This document shows, piece after piece, positions 13,690-27,511 of a stretch of 64,000 nt of DNA. Origin of the DNA: Felis catus (taxonomy: Eukaryota); the NCBI RefSeq assembly GCF_018350175.1, contig NC_058368.1, forward strand, positions 24,120,001 to 24,184,000, in the 5' to 3' direction. The notes under the pieces were generated by a model, which was given only the letters and a program-made list of their open reading frames with translations, had not been told where the DNA came from and searched no databases. The stretch's first letter is position 1, and the number at the start of each line of letters is the position of its first letter. Both the position numbers and the translations under genes were made by a program.

Positions 13690-16600
13690 ATGACTCTAAA
13701 CCCATACCTTTCTAAAATAACACTGAATGCAAATGGACAAAATGCTCAAAGCAAAAGACATAGGGTATCAGAATGGATAAAAAAAAAACAAGACCCATCT
13801 ATTTGCTGTCTACAAGAGACTCATTTTAGACCTTCAGATTGAAAGCAAGGGGATGGAAAACTATCATGCTACTGGAGATCAAAAGAAAGTTGGAGTAGCC
13901 ATACTTATATCAGACAAACTAGACTTTCAATTAAAGGCGGTAACAAGAGATGAAGAAGGGCATTATATAATAATCACAGGGTCTATCCATCAGGAAGAGC
14001 TAACAATTATAAATGTCTATGTGCCGAATACAGTGGCCCCCAAATATATAAAACAATCACAAACATAAGCAACCTTATTGATAAGAACATAGTAATAGCA
14101 GGGGACTTTAATATCCCACTTACAACAGTGGATAGATCGCCTAGACACAGAATCAATAAAGAAACAAGGGCCCTGAATGATACACTGGATCAGATGGACT
14201 TGACAGATATATTTAGAACTCTGCATCCCAAAGCAACAGAATATACTTTCTTCTCGAGTGCACAAGGAACATTCTCCAAGATAGATCACATACTGGGTCA
14301 CAAAACAGCCCTTCATAAGTATTAAATAATTGAGATCAGACCATGCACACTTTCAGACCACAGTGCTATGAAACTTGAAATCAACCACAGGGAAAAGCCT
14401 GGAAATCTCCAAAAGTATGGAGGTTAAAGAACACCCTCCTAAAGAATGAATGGGTCAACCAGGTAATTAGAGAAGAAATTTAAAAATATATGGAAACAAA
14501 TGATAATGAAAATACAACAATCCAAATGCTTTGGGATGCAGCAAAGGCAGTCCTGAGAGGAAAATACATTGCAATCCAGGCCTACCTCAAGAAACAAGAA
14601 AAATCCCAAATACAAAATTTAACCACACACCTAAAGGAAACAGAAGCAGAACAGCAAAGACAGCCTAAACCAAGAAGAAGAAGAGAAATAATAAAGATCA
14701 GAGCAGAAATAAACAATACAGAATCTAAAAATACTACAGAGCAGATCAATGAAACCAAGAGTTGGTTTTTTGAAAAAAAATAAACAAAATTGATAAACCT
14801 CTAGCCAGGCTTCTCAAAAAGAAAAGGGAGATGACCCAAATAGGTAAAATCATGAATGAAAATCGAATTATTATAACCAATCCCTCAGAAATATAAGCAA
14901 TTATCAGGGAATACTATAAAAAATTATATGCCAACTAACTGGGCAACCTGGAAGAAATTGACAAATTCCTAAGCACCCACACACTTCCAAAAATCAAACA
15001 GGAAGAAATAGAAAACTTGAACAGACCCATAACCAGCAAAGATATTGAATCAGTTATCAAAAATCTCCCAATAAATAGAAAACTCCCAGACTCAACCTAT
15101 GAAGCCAGCATTACTTTGATTCCCAAACCAGACAGAGCCCCAGCAAAAAAAAATAGAACTATAGGCCAATATACCTGATGAATATGGATGCAAAAATTCT
15201 CAACAAGATACCAGCAAATTGAATTCAACAGCATATGAAAAGAATTTCACCATGATCAAGTGGGATTCATTCCTGGGCTGCAGGGCTGGTCCAACATTTG
15301 CAACAATCAATGTGATGCATCCCATTAATAAAAGAAAAGAAAGGAACCATAGGATCCTGTCAATCGATGCAGAAAAAGCATTTTACAAAATTCAGCATCC
15401 TTTCTTAATAAAAATCCTCGAGAAAGTCAGGATAGAAGGAACATACTTAAACATCATAAAGGCCATTTATGAAAAGCCCATAGCTAATATCATCCTCAAT
15501 GGGGAAAAAGTGAGAGCTTACCCCCTGAGATCAGGAACACGACAGGGATGTCCACTCTTACCACTATTGTTTAACATAGTGTTGGAAGTTGTAGCATCAG
15601 CAATCAAACAAAAGGAAATCAAAGGCATCAAAATTGGCAAAGATGAAGTCAAGCTTTCACTTTTTGCAGATGACATGATATTATACATGGAAAACCCAAT
15701 AGACTCCACCAAAAGTCTGCTAGAACTGATACATGAATTCAGCCAAGTCACAGGATACAAAATCAACGTACAGAAATCAGTTGCATCCTTGTACACTAAT
15801 AATGAAGCAACAGGAAGACAAAGAAACTGATCCATTCACAATTGCATCGACAATAATAAAACAGCTAGGAATAAAAATAACCAAATATGTAAAAGATCTG
15901 TATGCTATCAACTATAGAAAGCTTATGAAGGAAATTGAAGAAGATATAAAGAAATGGAAAAACATTCTATGCTCATGGATTGGAAGAATAAATAGTGTTA
16001 AAATGTCAATACTACCCAAAGCTATCTACACATTCAATGCAATTCTAATCAAAATTGCACCAGCATTCTTCTTCAAGATAGAACAAGCCATCCTTAAATT
16101 TGTATGGAACCACAAAAGACCCTGAATAGCCAAAGTAATTTTGAAGAAGAAGACCAAAGTGGGAGGCATCACAATCCCAGGTTTTAGCCTCTACTACAAA
16201 GCTGTAATCATCAAGACAGCATGGTATTGGTACAAAAACAGACACATAGACCAATGGAATAGAATAGAAACCCAAGAACTAGACCCACAAACGTATGGCC
16301 AACTAATCTTTGACAAAGCAGGAAAGAATATCCAATGGAAAAAAGACAGTCTCGGGGCGCCTGGGTGGCACAGTCAGTTAAGCGTCCGACTTCAGCAGGG
16401 TCACGATCTCACGGTCCGTGGGTTCGAGCCCCGCGTCAGGCTCTGGGCTGATGGCTCAGAGCCTGGAGCCTGTTTCCGATTCTGTGTCTCCCTCTCTCTC
16501 TGCCCCTCCCCTGTTCATGCTCTGTCTCTCTCTGTCCCAAAAATAAATAAATGTTGGAAAAAAATTTAAAAAAAAAAAGAGTCTCTTTAACAAATGGTGC

Positions 16601-17607
16601 TGGGAGAACTGGACAGCAACATGCAGAAGAATGAAACCAGACCACTTTCTTACACCATTCACAAAAATAAACTCAAAATGGATAAAGGACCTAAATGTGA
16701 GACAGGAAACCATCAAAACCCTAGAGGAGAAAGCGGGGAAAAAAACCTCTCTGACCTCAGCAATTTCTTACTTATCTCCAAAGGCAAGGGAATTAAAAGC
16801 AAAAACGAACTATTGGGACCTGTTGAAGATAAAAAGCTTATGCACTGCAAAGGAAACAATCAACAAAACTAAAAGACAACCAACGGAATGGGAAAAGATA
16901 CTTGCAAATGGCATATCGGACAAAGGGCTAGTATCCAAAATCTATAAAAAGCTCACCAAACTCCACACCCAAAAACCAAATAATCCAGTAAAGAAATGGG
17001 CAGAAAACATGACTGGACACTTCTCTAAAGAAGACACCCACGTGGCCAACAGGCACATGAAAAGATGCTCAACGTCACTCCTCATCAAGGAAATACAAAT
17101 CAAAACCACACTGAGATACCACTTCATGACAGTCAGAGTGGCTTAAATGAAGAAATTAGTAGACTATAGATGCTGGAGAGGATGTGGAGAAACGGGAACC
17201 CTCTTGCACTGTTGGTGGGAATGCAAACTGGTGCAGCCACTCTGGGAAACAGCATGGAGGTTCCTCAAAAAATTAAAAATAGATCTACCCTAGGACCCAG
17301 CAATAGCACTGCTAGAAATTTACTCAAGTGATACAGGAATGCTGATGCATAGGGGCACTTGTACCCCAATCTTTATAGCAGCACTTTTAACTATAGCCAA
17401 AGTATGGAAAGAGCCTAAATGTCCATCAACTGATGAATGGATACAGAAATTGTGGTTTATATACACAATGGAGTACTACGTGGCAATAAGAATGAAATAT
17501 GGTCTTTTGTAGCAACATGGACAGAACTGGAGAGTGTTATGCTAAATGAAATAAGTCATACAGAGAAAGACAGACACCATATGTTTTCACTCTTATGTGG
17601 ATCCTGA
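13690..17607 (+). pseudogene. LINE-1 ORF2p (APE endonuclease / reverse transcriptase), disrupted
   Basis: EN motifs 'ITLNANG', 'ICCLQETHF', 'TFSKIDHILGHK'; RT motifs 'SIDAEKAF', 'GTRQGCPL', 'LFADDMILY'. Frameshifts, a deletion of about 100 bp near 15078, and a SINE insertion. Confidence 0.95.
16354..16572 (+). mobile_element. Young SINEC_Fc inserted in L1 ORF2
   Basis: Near-consensus SINE; TSD 'aaaaaga(ca)gtctc'. Confidence 0.95.
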
Positions 17608-18218
17608 GAAATTTAACAGAAGACCATGGGGGAGGGGAAGAAAAAAAAAAAAAGAGGGAGAGAGCCAAATCATAAAAGACTTAAAAACTGAGAGTAATCT
17701 GAGGGTTGATGGGGGGTGGGAATGAGGATAGGGTGGGTGATGGGCATTGAGGAGGGCACCTGTTGGGAGAGCACTGGGTGTTGTATTGAAACCAATTTAA
17801 ATAAATAAATAAACAATACAAAAGCACACACATTATGATTCTATGTATATGAAGTTAAAAATAGGCACACCGTACCTATGGTGATACAGGTCGCAAAAAT
17901 GGTTACCTTTATGTAGTATTCACTTAAAGGGGCAACAGGAGGCCTAACAGAATCCTAACAAATTTTATTTCATGATCTGAGTATTGTTCCATTGATACCT
18001 ACCAATATAAACATCCATTGAGATGTACCATTAAGATCTGTGTAGTTTACTCTATAAAGTTTACTTAAAAAACAAGCTCTATAAAGGTAAACCAAAAAAA
18101 ATAGTGAAATAGTTCTGTGTAAATCAGCTGATGGTCTTGCACATTTACCTAGTGAAATCTCCTCAATCTGTAGAGTTCAGCCATGAAAAACACAGAGGTG
18201 ACACTACGAAGAATTACA

Positions 18219-18420
18219 AGAGGCACCTGGATGGCCCAGTCCGTTAAGCGTCAGACTCAGTTTGAGTTTGAGTCTCACATCAGGCTCTGTGCTGGGCTCT
18301 ACACTAACCTCTGTTCTGACCTTGCAGAGCCTGCTTGGGATTCTCTCTTCCTCTATCTCTGCCCCTCCCCTGTTCATGCTCTTTAATAAATAAAACAAAC
18401 ATTAAATTTTTTTAAAAATA
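18219..18420 (+). mobile_element. Can-SINE
   Basis: Degenerate SINEC; exact TSD 'aagaattaca'. Confidence 0.9.
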
Positions 18421-18479
18421 AAGAATTACATGCTGCGTAGTTTCCTCCCTTCTGCCCCAAGGATTCCTGTCCTTTCAGG

Positions 18480-19033
18480 AAGGATACAACCAGTAGAGGG
18501 GAAGAATGGGGAGTAGATAGTCTCAAGCTGACTATACTTTAGACAAGTGTCTTCCTGACTTTTGTCAGGCTCCTGGCCTCCCTTATTTACTTTAGAAAAC
18601 TTCCTTTTGTAAATTCTTTCTCTGCCTTTTTCAGATGTAAATCTCCCATTCTTTTGCCAGTTTTACAGGGAGGAATGTCTTTCTCAAAGACCTGGACACC
18701 ATCCCTTAAAAATGTAATCCATTAAAAAAAAAAAAATGTAATCAATAAAGGAGATGATGCCTCCTAGTTTCTGTGGGAAGAGAGGACCCCAACTTGCAAG
18801 AACACCAATTAGGAAACAGATGGCCCAACCACATTGACCTACATCCCCCACTAAAGTCCCCCAGGACTTTTCAACTAGCTCACCCCAGCATTTGCTAAAA
18901 CCGTTACCTTTTGCTTCAGCAAGGCTGAAATTAATCTTTCCTCCCCAAATAGTCTTGACCCCTACTGCAATAGGCTGGAATAAAGTCTTCTATGCCTGCC
19001 CAGGAATTTTGTCTGGTGTAATTTTTTTTGACA
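18480..19033 (+). mobile_element. Solo ERV1-class LTR (MER34/MER39-like); 5' boundary uncertain
   Basis: Motifs 'ttgtaaattctttctctgcc', 'cttgacccctactgcaatag', poly(A) signal 'aataaagtcttc', terminal 'tttgaca'. Confidence 0.65.
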
Positions 19034-19454
19034 CCCTACTCCCTTGAAGTATAAGACCCAGTGTGAGGCCATAGTTGCCAGGTGCTAAGGACAGTAATGA
19101 ATCTAGGAGCCACAAAACTTCTTGACAATCTTTGTCAGGGGCTATGCCCAAAGGTTGTAGCTCATGGCAATCAGGTATTGCCAGTGGTCTCTAATGAAGA
19201 TACTTATTAAAAATCAGACACATACCAGTTATTTTTTTTAAATAAATCCATACCAAGTGACTATTTATAGATGGTCAACAAATGTACTAATTCTTATTTC
19301 CTAATAAATGACATACATGTGAGATAGAAACAAATCCAGAAATGCTTAGAATTGAGATTAAATTGAAAAACCATATGGAAGCCACAAATCAACCCACTAT
19401 ACATAGAAATAGTGATTTTTGTGGGCTTAACTAGATGAAGGTTAAGATATACAA

Positions 19455-19642
19455 TTTTTTCTTCATTTTTTTAATGTTAGTTAATTTTTTTGAGAGAAAG
19501 AGACATAGAGACAGTATCTGAAGCAGTCTCCAGGCTCTGAGCTGTCAGCACAGAGCCCAAAGTGGGGCTCAGACTCACAGACTGCGAGATCATGACCTGA
19601 GCCAATGTCAATGTTTAACTGACTGAGCCACCCAGGCACCCC
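19455..19642 (-). mobile_element. Can-SINE
   Basis: Reverse-complement SINEC ending 'cccaggcacccc'; TSD 'aagata(t/g)aca'. Confidence 0.92.
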
Positions 19643-20861
19643 AAGATAGACATTCTAATTTAACAATAGAAAAATAGGTAAGGAGACACTTGGGACAATC
19701 AACACCCTAGAAATGTTCTATTTAAGTAAACAACATGGCTGACCAATTTCACTAAGAATAAAGACCAAAAAAAAAAATTCTTGATTGACAAAATAAAAAA
19801 TATGAGCTTTTAAAGACAGACGAGAATAAATAAGGGCACATACCAATAAAGCTAGATTTTTCTTTAAGTTTTGGCTGATAATTTAGGAAATGTAAATTAT
19901 TGAGGGAGAGAAATAAGAGACTTTGTTAACAACAAAAAAGTCACACAACATCTGAGATGACAAATCCACAAATTTCTACCATTAAACTCTCATCGTTCCT
20001 GACAAGAAAAATTTGCATGAGAGAGGCTTTGAGTCTCACATTGGTTAATAACCATATTTAATTTTTCCTCCTGGGATTTTGGGTATTCTTACAGGTTTAG
20101 ATAATTTCCCAGCCCCTTTAAGTCTAAATTATACTTGGTGGACACTAAGCAGGGAAGACATAATCTAGTCTGAAAATCCACAGCCCCAAGGCAGAGTGCT
20201 TTGCAAACCAATGACTGGAAATGCCAAATTGAGAATTACCAGATGCAGACAGTATTTCCCTTAGGCTTTAGCCAAAGGGGTCTGCCCCAGGCCCAGAAAT
20301 CAGGAGTTCCCACACTTTGGAGTGCCTTTCTTATAATTTTTTAAGTCCGTATCAGGTGTCTGAGACAGGTGAACAAAAGCATTCTAGCAAAGCACCCCAA
20401 GCCAAATCCCATTGCTTCCTCTCAAGGCATTCTTAGGCCTTCTATCCTGCACAGGATTTTGACCAAAGCCTGGAGGACCTCCCTGGCTTGTGCTTATGGG
20501 GTCATCCTGGGGCTCAGGGACCAGCCCCATTTAAGGAGAATGAGGTATGAGAGGCAAATCACTCCTGCTGACAAGCGAGCTACTTCTTTTGTACGTTTGA
20601 GATTGGCCTCCAGAATGGTGCTGACATGCTCACTTGGAGTAACTTCAGTTGTTTATAGGTGAAACCCTACACACTCAAGGAATAACCTGGGCTTCAGAAG
20701 GTTCAGAAAACATTCTCCTGACTTCTAATAATGCATATATAAATATTGCAATAGAGTGTTAAGAGAGAGTTGTTTCATTACAAAGATCAAGGGAGAAGGC
20801 ATCGATGAAGGGAGAGAAAAACGGACTTCTGTTTAGTGCAAAATGACAGTGATATGGGCAT

Positions 20862-20990
20862 TATAATGACCATTTTAGAGACAACGAAACTACGACTGGC
20901 TCAGAGAGCCTAAGTTACTTGTCCTTGTTCACACAGCCATTGACCACGTCTACCATCACTACAATAGAACTAGATCAGTATTGGATTCCA
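20862..20990 (-). mobile_element. MIR fragment
   Basis: 'cattttagag...ggctcagagagcctaagttacttgtcc' resembles the MIR core. Confidence 0.55.
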
Positions 20991-22578
20991 AGCAAACATT
21001 GAATCAGAAACAGAACGATGCCAAGAGATATTTAAATGACCAGATGCGTCTTATGTCCAGGAATTTGAGAGACCCCTCTGCTGTCACCATTAGCATCCAA
21101 TGACCCATGAAGACATGGCTTGGACAAGCAACCCTATACAGGTCATGTTGACAGCTGTCCTCTGGGAGTGTTTTTCTCTGTGTGAATTCTTTCATGCTCC
21201 TATGAAGGATGTGTTCCTAGGCCAACGTGACCTGATTACTATTATACCAGCATGTGGGATTCCATTTGGATCACAAGTCAGTGGACAACCCCAATTCACA
21301 GCATCAACATACCTCCAAAATACACTAAGTCATTTTAGTCTGGATCATGGGAAAAAGTACTTTATGTCATCTATGATTTTTTTTAAATTGAAGAACCCAT
21401 ATTATACATAAAAAAAAAAAATCAAAGAAAGTTAGAAGAATTGAATGAGGAGGAAAATTTCTTCAGGGAAAAAAACTCAGAAATTAGCTAAATATACAAC
21501 TGGCTTAAATAGTGCCTGAGATATTAGGGAGCCCTGAGATTGGAATTATCCAGAATTCATATACGCATCTAATAAAGTGCCTTTCTACATGGTTAAATCA
21601 AGTTAGAGAACTAGAAACTTCTGAGAGGTGGCAAGCTTTAGGTTATGCATTCCTCTCCAGAGGAAAGTGGCTCTTGACCCATTTCTCACTGAAGTGGGAA
21701 AGGTGATATCAAGTGCCCTGTGGGTAGGCCTAAGTTAGGTGACTTCATGGCTTGGCTCTCATTGCCGTGATAGCAGGCCATCCAATATAAACTAGAAAAT
21801 CCGTAAAACACCTTTCCAACTGCTCTCACAGGTATTTTGTGTAGGCTGGCATCCTTCTGCCAAAAAACCATCACAACTTTATTAGGCAGTTCCTTGTCCC
21901 ACATGGTAAGTGTCTCCTGAAGATATTCTGCTGAGTAATTAAGCTTATTATGGATAGGAGAAAAAGGATCATTTGTGTTACAGTGGTTTTGGTATAGCCT
22001 TTCTTTCCCTTTTCCCCACCTAGGCCTAATATGTACGAGCTCTAGTTTTTTAGATCAGATTAGTCCATTTTCCTGTTCCACGTCTAACACAGAATAGAGA
22101 TCCATCTACAACCAAAGAAAATTATTTCCATTCCTTCAAAGTTTGTTTCCCCATTCCTTTGTTTTTGAGGTGGAACATGCAACTCAGCAATGAACATTTT
22201 ACTGCTGTGTTCAGTAGGCCAGATTTTTAAAGGAGCCATCAGATGGCTGAGGGCGAACAGAAGACAGGGTGCAGAATTGTATCATTGCCAAGATGGCCCC
22301 ACTCACACTCCAGCTCCACACTGAATCTGCAGTAAATTGTCCATTTATCATTAGTGCAATGTGAAGTTGGATCAATTTAGGAGGTACACTAAAAAGCACT
22401 GAGTCTGCTTAAATGACCAAAGCAGAATAAGAACAGAAACTGTTCTTGGCTTCCCTTAACATGACTTTCTAGGTTCTAGGTTTTTGTGTTATAAACACAA
22501 TGACAGAGGCATGCACAAAGAATTACAGTAAGGTGGAAAATGTGTACATGATCCAAGTAATGATTAAGATTGTGTGGA

Positions 22579-22683
22579 GGGGCACCTGGCTCAGATGGTA
22601 GAGCATGCAACTCAATCTTAAAGTCGTGAGTTCAAGCCCCACATTGGGCATGGAGCCTACCTAAAAAAAAAAAAATTAAAAAG
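22579..22683 (+). mobile_element. Short tRNA-like carnivore SINE (no CT linker)
   Basis: A/B-box-like 'ggctcagatggtagagc...gagttcaagccc' plus A tail; TSD 'aaga(t/c)t(g/a)tgtgg'. Confidence 0.85.
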
Positions 22684-22994
22684 AAAGACTATGTGGGACA
22701 AAGACTGCTTCAAGGGGGACTTTCAACTGGGACTTTCAAGTTAGAAAATGAACAAGTTCTTCATTTTGCCTTTCAGAACAAAGATTAATCTGTCTCTGAG
22801 TAGACGTGAAAAAGGGATATGTATGGTAAGTAGACACGGTTTATTCAGGGGAGTCCCCTAGTTTTAGCAAAACACCCTGAGGAAAAGACTGGGAGTGAGG
22901 AACTCAGTCCCCCTGTGCATGACCCCCAGAAGGGAGATGAGGAATGGCACCAACGAGGTCTGAGTAGACTCACTGCCGTTTAAAAAGGGATTGT

Positions 22995-23561
22995 GTATTA
23001 GTTTGCTAGGCCTGCCACCATAGACTAAGTGGCTTAAACATCATAAATTTCTTCTAGTCCTGGAGCTCAAGTCTGAGATCAAGGTGTTGACAGAGTTGGT
23101 TTCTTTCAAGGACTCTCACCTTGGCTTGTGAAAGATCGTCTTCTCCCTATGTTTCCCCATCCTCTTCCCTCAGTACATGTCTGGACAAATTTCCTCCTCT
23201 TCGAGTAACACCAGTCATACTCAAGTACAGTCTACCCTAATTATCTCATTTTAACCTAATTATCTCTTTAAAGGTCCTATCTTCAGGGCACCCGGGTGGC
23301 TCAATGGGTTAAGCATCCAACTTCAGCTCAGGTCATGATCTCACAGTTCATCAGTTTGAGCACCACATCGGGCTCTGGGCTAACAGCTCAGAGCCTGGAG
23401 CCTACTTCAGATTCTTTGTCTTCCTCCCTCTACCCACCCCACCTCAAAAAGAAACTTTAAAAAAAAACTATCGTAAAGATTTTTATCTCCAAATAGGTAA
23501 CATTCTCAGGAGTTAGGATTTTAATATATGAGTTTAGGGAAGACACAATTCAGCCCACAAC
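22995..23561 (-). mobile_element. MaLR LTR (MLT1B/C-like) split by a SINE
   Basis: Termini 'tgtattagtttgctagg' and 'gacacaattcagcccacaaca'. Confidence 0.85.
23286..23468 (+). mobile_element. Can-SINE within the MLT1 LTR
   Basis: SINEC head and tail. Confidence 0.9.
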
Positions 23562-26199
23562 AGATGGTCAACTTCTGCTTGATTTTTAAGGGTATTTGTC
23601 TTGAGATTAAGGTAGGACTCTTAATTGTATATAAATTAACAAGAACAATCAAATATAGGCTTATAAGTAGGTTGACTGGTACAGAGAAGCTAGAGAAAAT
23701 GAGAAGACATATACATATTTCTATCTGCATATGGGTAACATATAGATCTCATTTTCTCAGAAAAATATTATCAGCAGGTATAGATTTTCAAAAAGTTCAA
23801 ATAAACAACTCCAATTAAAAATGACTAAGGACACACTTGTGGATAGCTTTGAATACAACTAAACAATGTGGAATTGGTCAAAACAAACTATGAAGATTTT
23901 ATTGCCTTTCTTCAACTAAATGAGGACCAAGAACCAAACAATTCTTTTGAAGCTTAAATTGCTAGTATAATGTAGGGTAGGCTGATAGAAGAACAAACTA
24001 GAATTTCACCAAAAAAATATCACCAGGTGCTAAAAGCTTACATCAAATAGCAACCGTGGAAATGGGGAGATGGAGATAGTAGAGAGAAAACTAAAGAGAA
24101 AATAAGAAAGAACAGGATCAAAGTTAGTAACTCTGAATTCAAGAAAGAGTGAGAAGAGTGAACAAAATACCAAAATTGAAACCCATCTTATTCATCACCA
24201 CCCTTGATAGCAATGTTTCTATTTTTCATTTTTAAATACCTAATTAAAATGTCACTTTAAAAATGGAGCATTTTCTCTGTTGTTAGTTGTCTGAGTTGCT
24301 TTTGCAGAGCTGTGATTATTTAGAGGATACCTATTTTCCCCTCAGAATGGTTTTACATTAAGTGAAATGTTAAATTATTCACAAAAACTTACTAATTAAA
24401 TTGACTTTAAGTGCCACTATTAAAATGTGATGGCCAACATAATTGGCCTGAAAGTGACTGCTAATGTCTCACGCATAGAGGATGTGCAAGTTAATTTTAT
24501 TGTTTCCCATTTCAAAACAGTGCCTTCCATTCCCTCCATTACCCATCTGTCAGCCCCTGCCTACGTAGCCTCTCTCACCAGGCTCACTTATGACGTTCCT
24601 ACAACTCCCTCCCAGGTTCCTAAAATAGTCATAACAGGAAATAAAGCAGCCACCTCATCTTAACTAGCACAAGTGTGGAGACAGTCTCACTGCTACAGGT
24701 AACAAGTTCCTGGCCCAAAGTCAAACTCGCAAATCATGGATTGCCCCACTCATTTCCTCCTCCTCCAGGACCACACCATGGTCTTACTTCTACCAGACCC
24801 GCCCGCAGGCATGCATATGCATACCCATGCATTTGTGACACTTGTCCAATAGCTGGCTGTGAACATCTACCTTGATTTCCCTATTCTGCTTTTATTCCCA
24901 TCTGTTATAACTCTGCCCTAACCTCAACCACCTGATTAGGGCCCTTAAGATTTGAACTGCTTCTGTCAGTTTTCCTTCCCCTAAAAGCAGGATCCTGCAC
25001 TGAATCCTAAACATAAACTGACCACCTCTGGTGAACTAATGAGACCACAGCCACTAACCTGAACTTTCAGTATTCCCTACTATCCGACTCAGGCTACCAG
25101 GCTCCAACTAACAAATCACATTCTTAGGGGCCAAGAGCAAGCTGAGTTGATTATACTTCTGATGACTCCCTCCAATAGCAGCCCATGCCCCAAATAGACC
25201 CAACTTTCTTCTTTCTTCCCATGAATCATTGTTGCCAAGGTTTTTGTAGATCTCAGAACAGAGACCCTGTGAATGGTAATACTAATTTATGTTGGAATTT
25301 TTATACTGTTGGCTTCACCAGCAAAAGGAAAAGTTCACTTTTCACATTTACAACTCTAGCATATTCCAAAAATAACCATGAAGGTATTACAGGTAGCCAG
25401 GTCGTGTAATAAAATTAGCAATTCTAAAATCCTTGGAGAACCCTTAAACTCATTGTTTTCCAAATGTAATAAATAATATACATACCCTCTTTCCCAACCA
25501 TGTCACTTTTCTCCCCTGGGGATTCCTTGCTGTCATGCTCCCCTCCCCCATACCTTCTGGAAGAGTTGAGGGGCCTCATCTCTTTTCTCAGACATAAGTC
25601 AACCTGTTTTGGGTCAGAGCCTCAGCGTCCTGCCTTCTGAATTATTTAAAGCCCAGTTGTTGAGTGGGGAGGGGGCTGCCTCTCCCTGACTCCCATCCCC
25701 TAGGTCAGGCAGAATGGCTGGCTTGTGCTGCCTCTGCACAGAGGAAGTCCCTCCTCCTTCAACGTATTGGCTTGAGACCTGCCTTCCCACCCCCATGTAA
25801 GATATCTGGACCCTCTTGGGCAGATTTCTATCAAGTCTGCAATAATCTTGGGGGGGGGGGTATATAATAAATACCATAGCTGGTTTTACCTAACATAGGA
25901 ATCAAGTTTTTCTTTATGGAAATATAGTCTATTACTTATTACAAGGGACTCCTACCCAATCTCTGGTATTTTTGTTAAAGCAGGGACTCCTACAAATGAT
26001 CAGAAATAGCAACCCTCTAGAAATCCGTTCAAAGCTTCCAGGGTGAAAATCTTAAATTATGTGTCACAAAGTGTTCCCATGCACTATATCACTCTTACAA
26101 ATAGGACTTACGTGATTAATCCAACTTTGCGTTTTCTTCTTGACAAGAAGCTGTAATTAAGTAGAAAGACTAGGAAATTGGAACCACAACACCTAATAT

Positions 26200-27250
26200 A
26201 TCGATCAGTGTTCAGTTGAAAATGACAACCTAGTCTGGGAAGTGTAAGCAGATGTGGATTTTGTCCAGACAAAAATCTCTACAGGTGCTGGGGAACTTCC
26301 TTGGGCATATTATAGTCAGTCACTGCCCAGACAAGAGAACAGCTGGCAAGTTAACACACAAACTGGACTAGTAAGTCCCTCTAGGTGTCACCAGTGAGGA
26401 AGGAGCTCCAGAAAGTCCACTGTGGCCACACCATACACTCAGATATTTCCACCACTACACGTGCTCCTTGTTCACAGCCACAATGACTCCTAAGTCTTTT
26501 ATGTTGCATTGGTTTGGTGGAACCCAATCCACTTGCTAGCACTTTAAGTTGCTAGGGAATCCAAAAATGTTGGTCCCTAGCAGAGGAAAACAAACAAAAA
26601 GGGAACTAGAATGGGTGTTATACAAGCCAAAGTAAGTATTGGTCATAGTCTGTTCCTATAACAAAACATCCTTCCACCCCTTCCTGGTTAGAATTGAACC
26701 TCAAAAACACAAAACACAACACCTCCTGCTAACTTAATCCAACTTTGCCTTACATAAACATGAAAACTTTTTCCCCAAAAAGTACAGATCCATTGTCCTA
26801 TTAATCCCTGTACCTATATGAATGATACACATTCATCCTCTAATTCAGATACAATCTTATGTCCTGTAGGCTGTGGCCTAAATTACATACATATTCAATG
26901 TAAAAATAAGGGGGAGAGTGACAGGAGATAAAGCTTTGAGCTTTCATTTCTCTTAAGCTCTGGAGCCCAGCCAGAAGCAACCCGTCCATTGGTCAGTATT
27001 CCTTGTGCATCCATATTACTTTGTGGGAGATGCCTTCAGTTCCATCCAAGCTATGTCTTGAGAGGATTTTCTCTCCAAATGACCTCAAATGGTGATTAAA
27101 TAACCATTGCAACAGGGAATACTTATGTCTCCCACTGTAATACAAGGGATCCTCACTACCTTCAAACCTGTATAACCAATTAATAATCCCAGTACCTATT
27201 ACTAAATTAACCCCTAGGTTTGGATACTGGTTCTTACACTTCCCAGCTCT
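26200..27250. mobile_element. Possible old MaLR/ERVL LTR plus internal remnant
   Basis: Weak resemblance only ('ggagcccagccagaagc', 'ccattgcaacagggaatac'). Confidence 0.3.
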
Positions 27251-27511
27251 GCGATCTGGTGCACATTCAACTACAAAGTGGGTGTAATACAATATGGTTC
27301 TTTTGAAATTAAAAAAAAAAATGGTGAATGCCTTACATGATGCACTTCGTAGATGCTTAATATATGTGAAATGAAACTTATCTGATGGATTACCACCAAA
27401 ATAATTGTTTTGGGCACAGGAACAAAGGACAGGGAGGGCAAAAAATCAGATATTGGGGTTGGGTACAAGGAACTCAAAGGCAGGTTAAAAGAGGATAATC
27501 CTAGGGGAGTT

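Larger units (their letters stand above)
11821..17815 (+). mobile_element. Full-length felid LINE-1 (L1_Fc-like), inactive
   Basis: 5' start 'gaggggaagatggcggc', GC-rich 5'UTR, ORF1, ORF2, G-rich 3'UTR and (aaat)n tail; degenerate TSD 'aaaa(c/g)cacacaca'. Confidence 0.96.
10830..18075 (+). mobile_element. Ancient L1M (L1MC/ME-type) 3' fragment, split by the SINE at 11026 and the L1 at 11821-17815
   Basis: Degenerate ORF2-end and 3'UTR motifs at 10830-11790 ('gaattccactcctgaatatacc', 'ctcataatagcccaaaaagtg') resume at 17820-18075 ('tatgattctatgtatatgaagtt'). Confidence 0.65.

Noticed and set aside
15219..15830. Longest ORF (203 aa) as a functional reverse transcriptase gene
   Set aside because: It is a frameshift-bounded fragment of a dead L1 ORF2.
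20369..20670. 97-aa ORF and a possible minus-strand mini-exon (GFTYKQLKLLQ)
   Set aside because: No recognisable homology, a non-ATG start and a weak acceptor.
22579..22683. tRNA gene
   Set aside because: A-tailed, TSD-flanked tRNA-derived SINE without a complete cloverleaf. The same applies to 53188-53294.
22717..22740. Tandem 'gggactttcaa' resembling NF-kB sites
   Set aside because: Both miss the terminal CC of the consensus; a short local duplication explains them.
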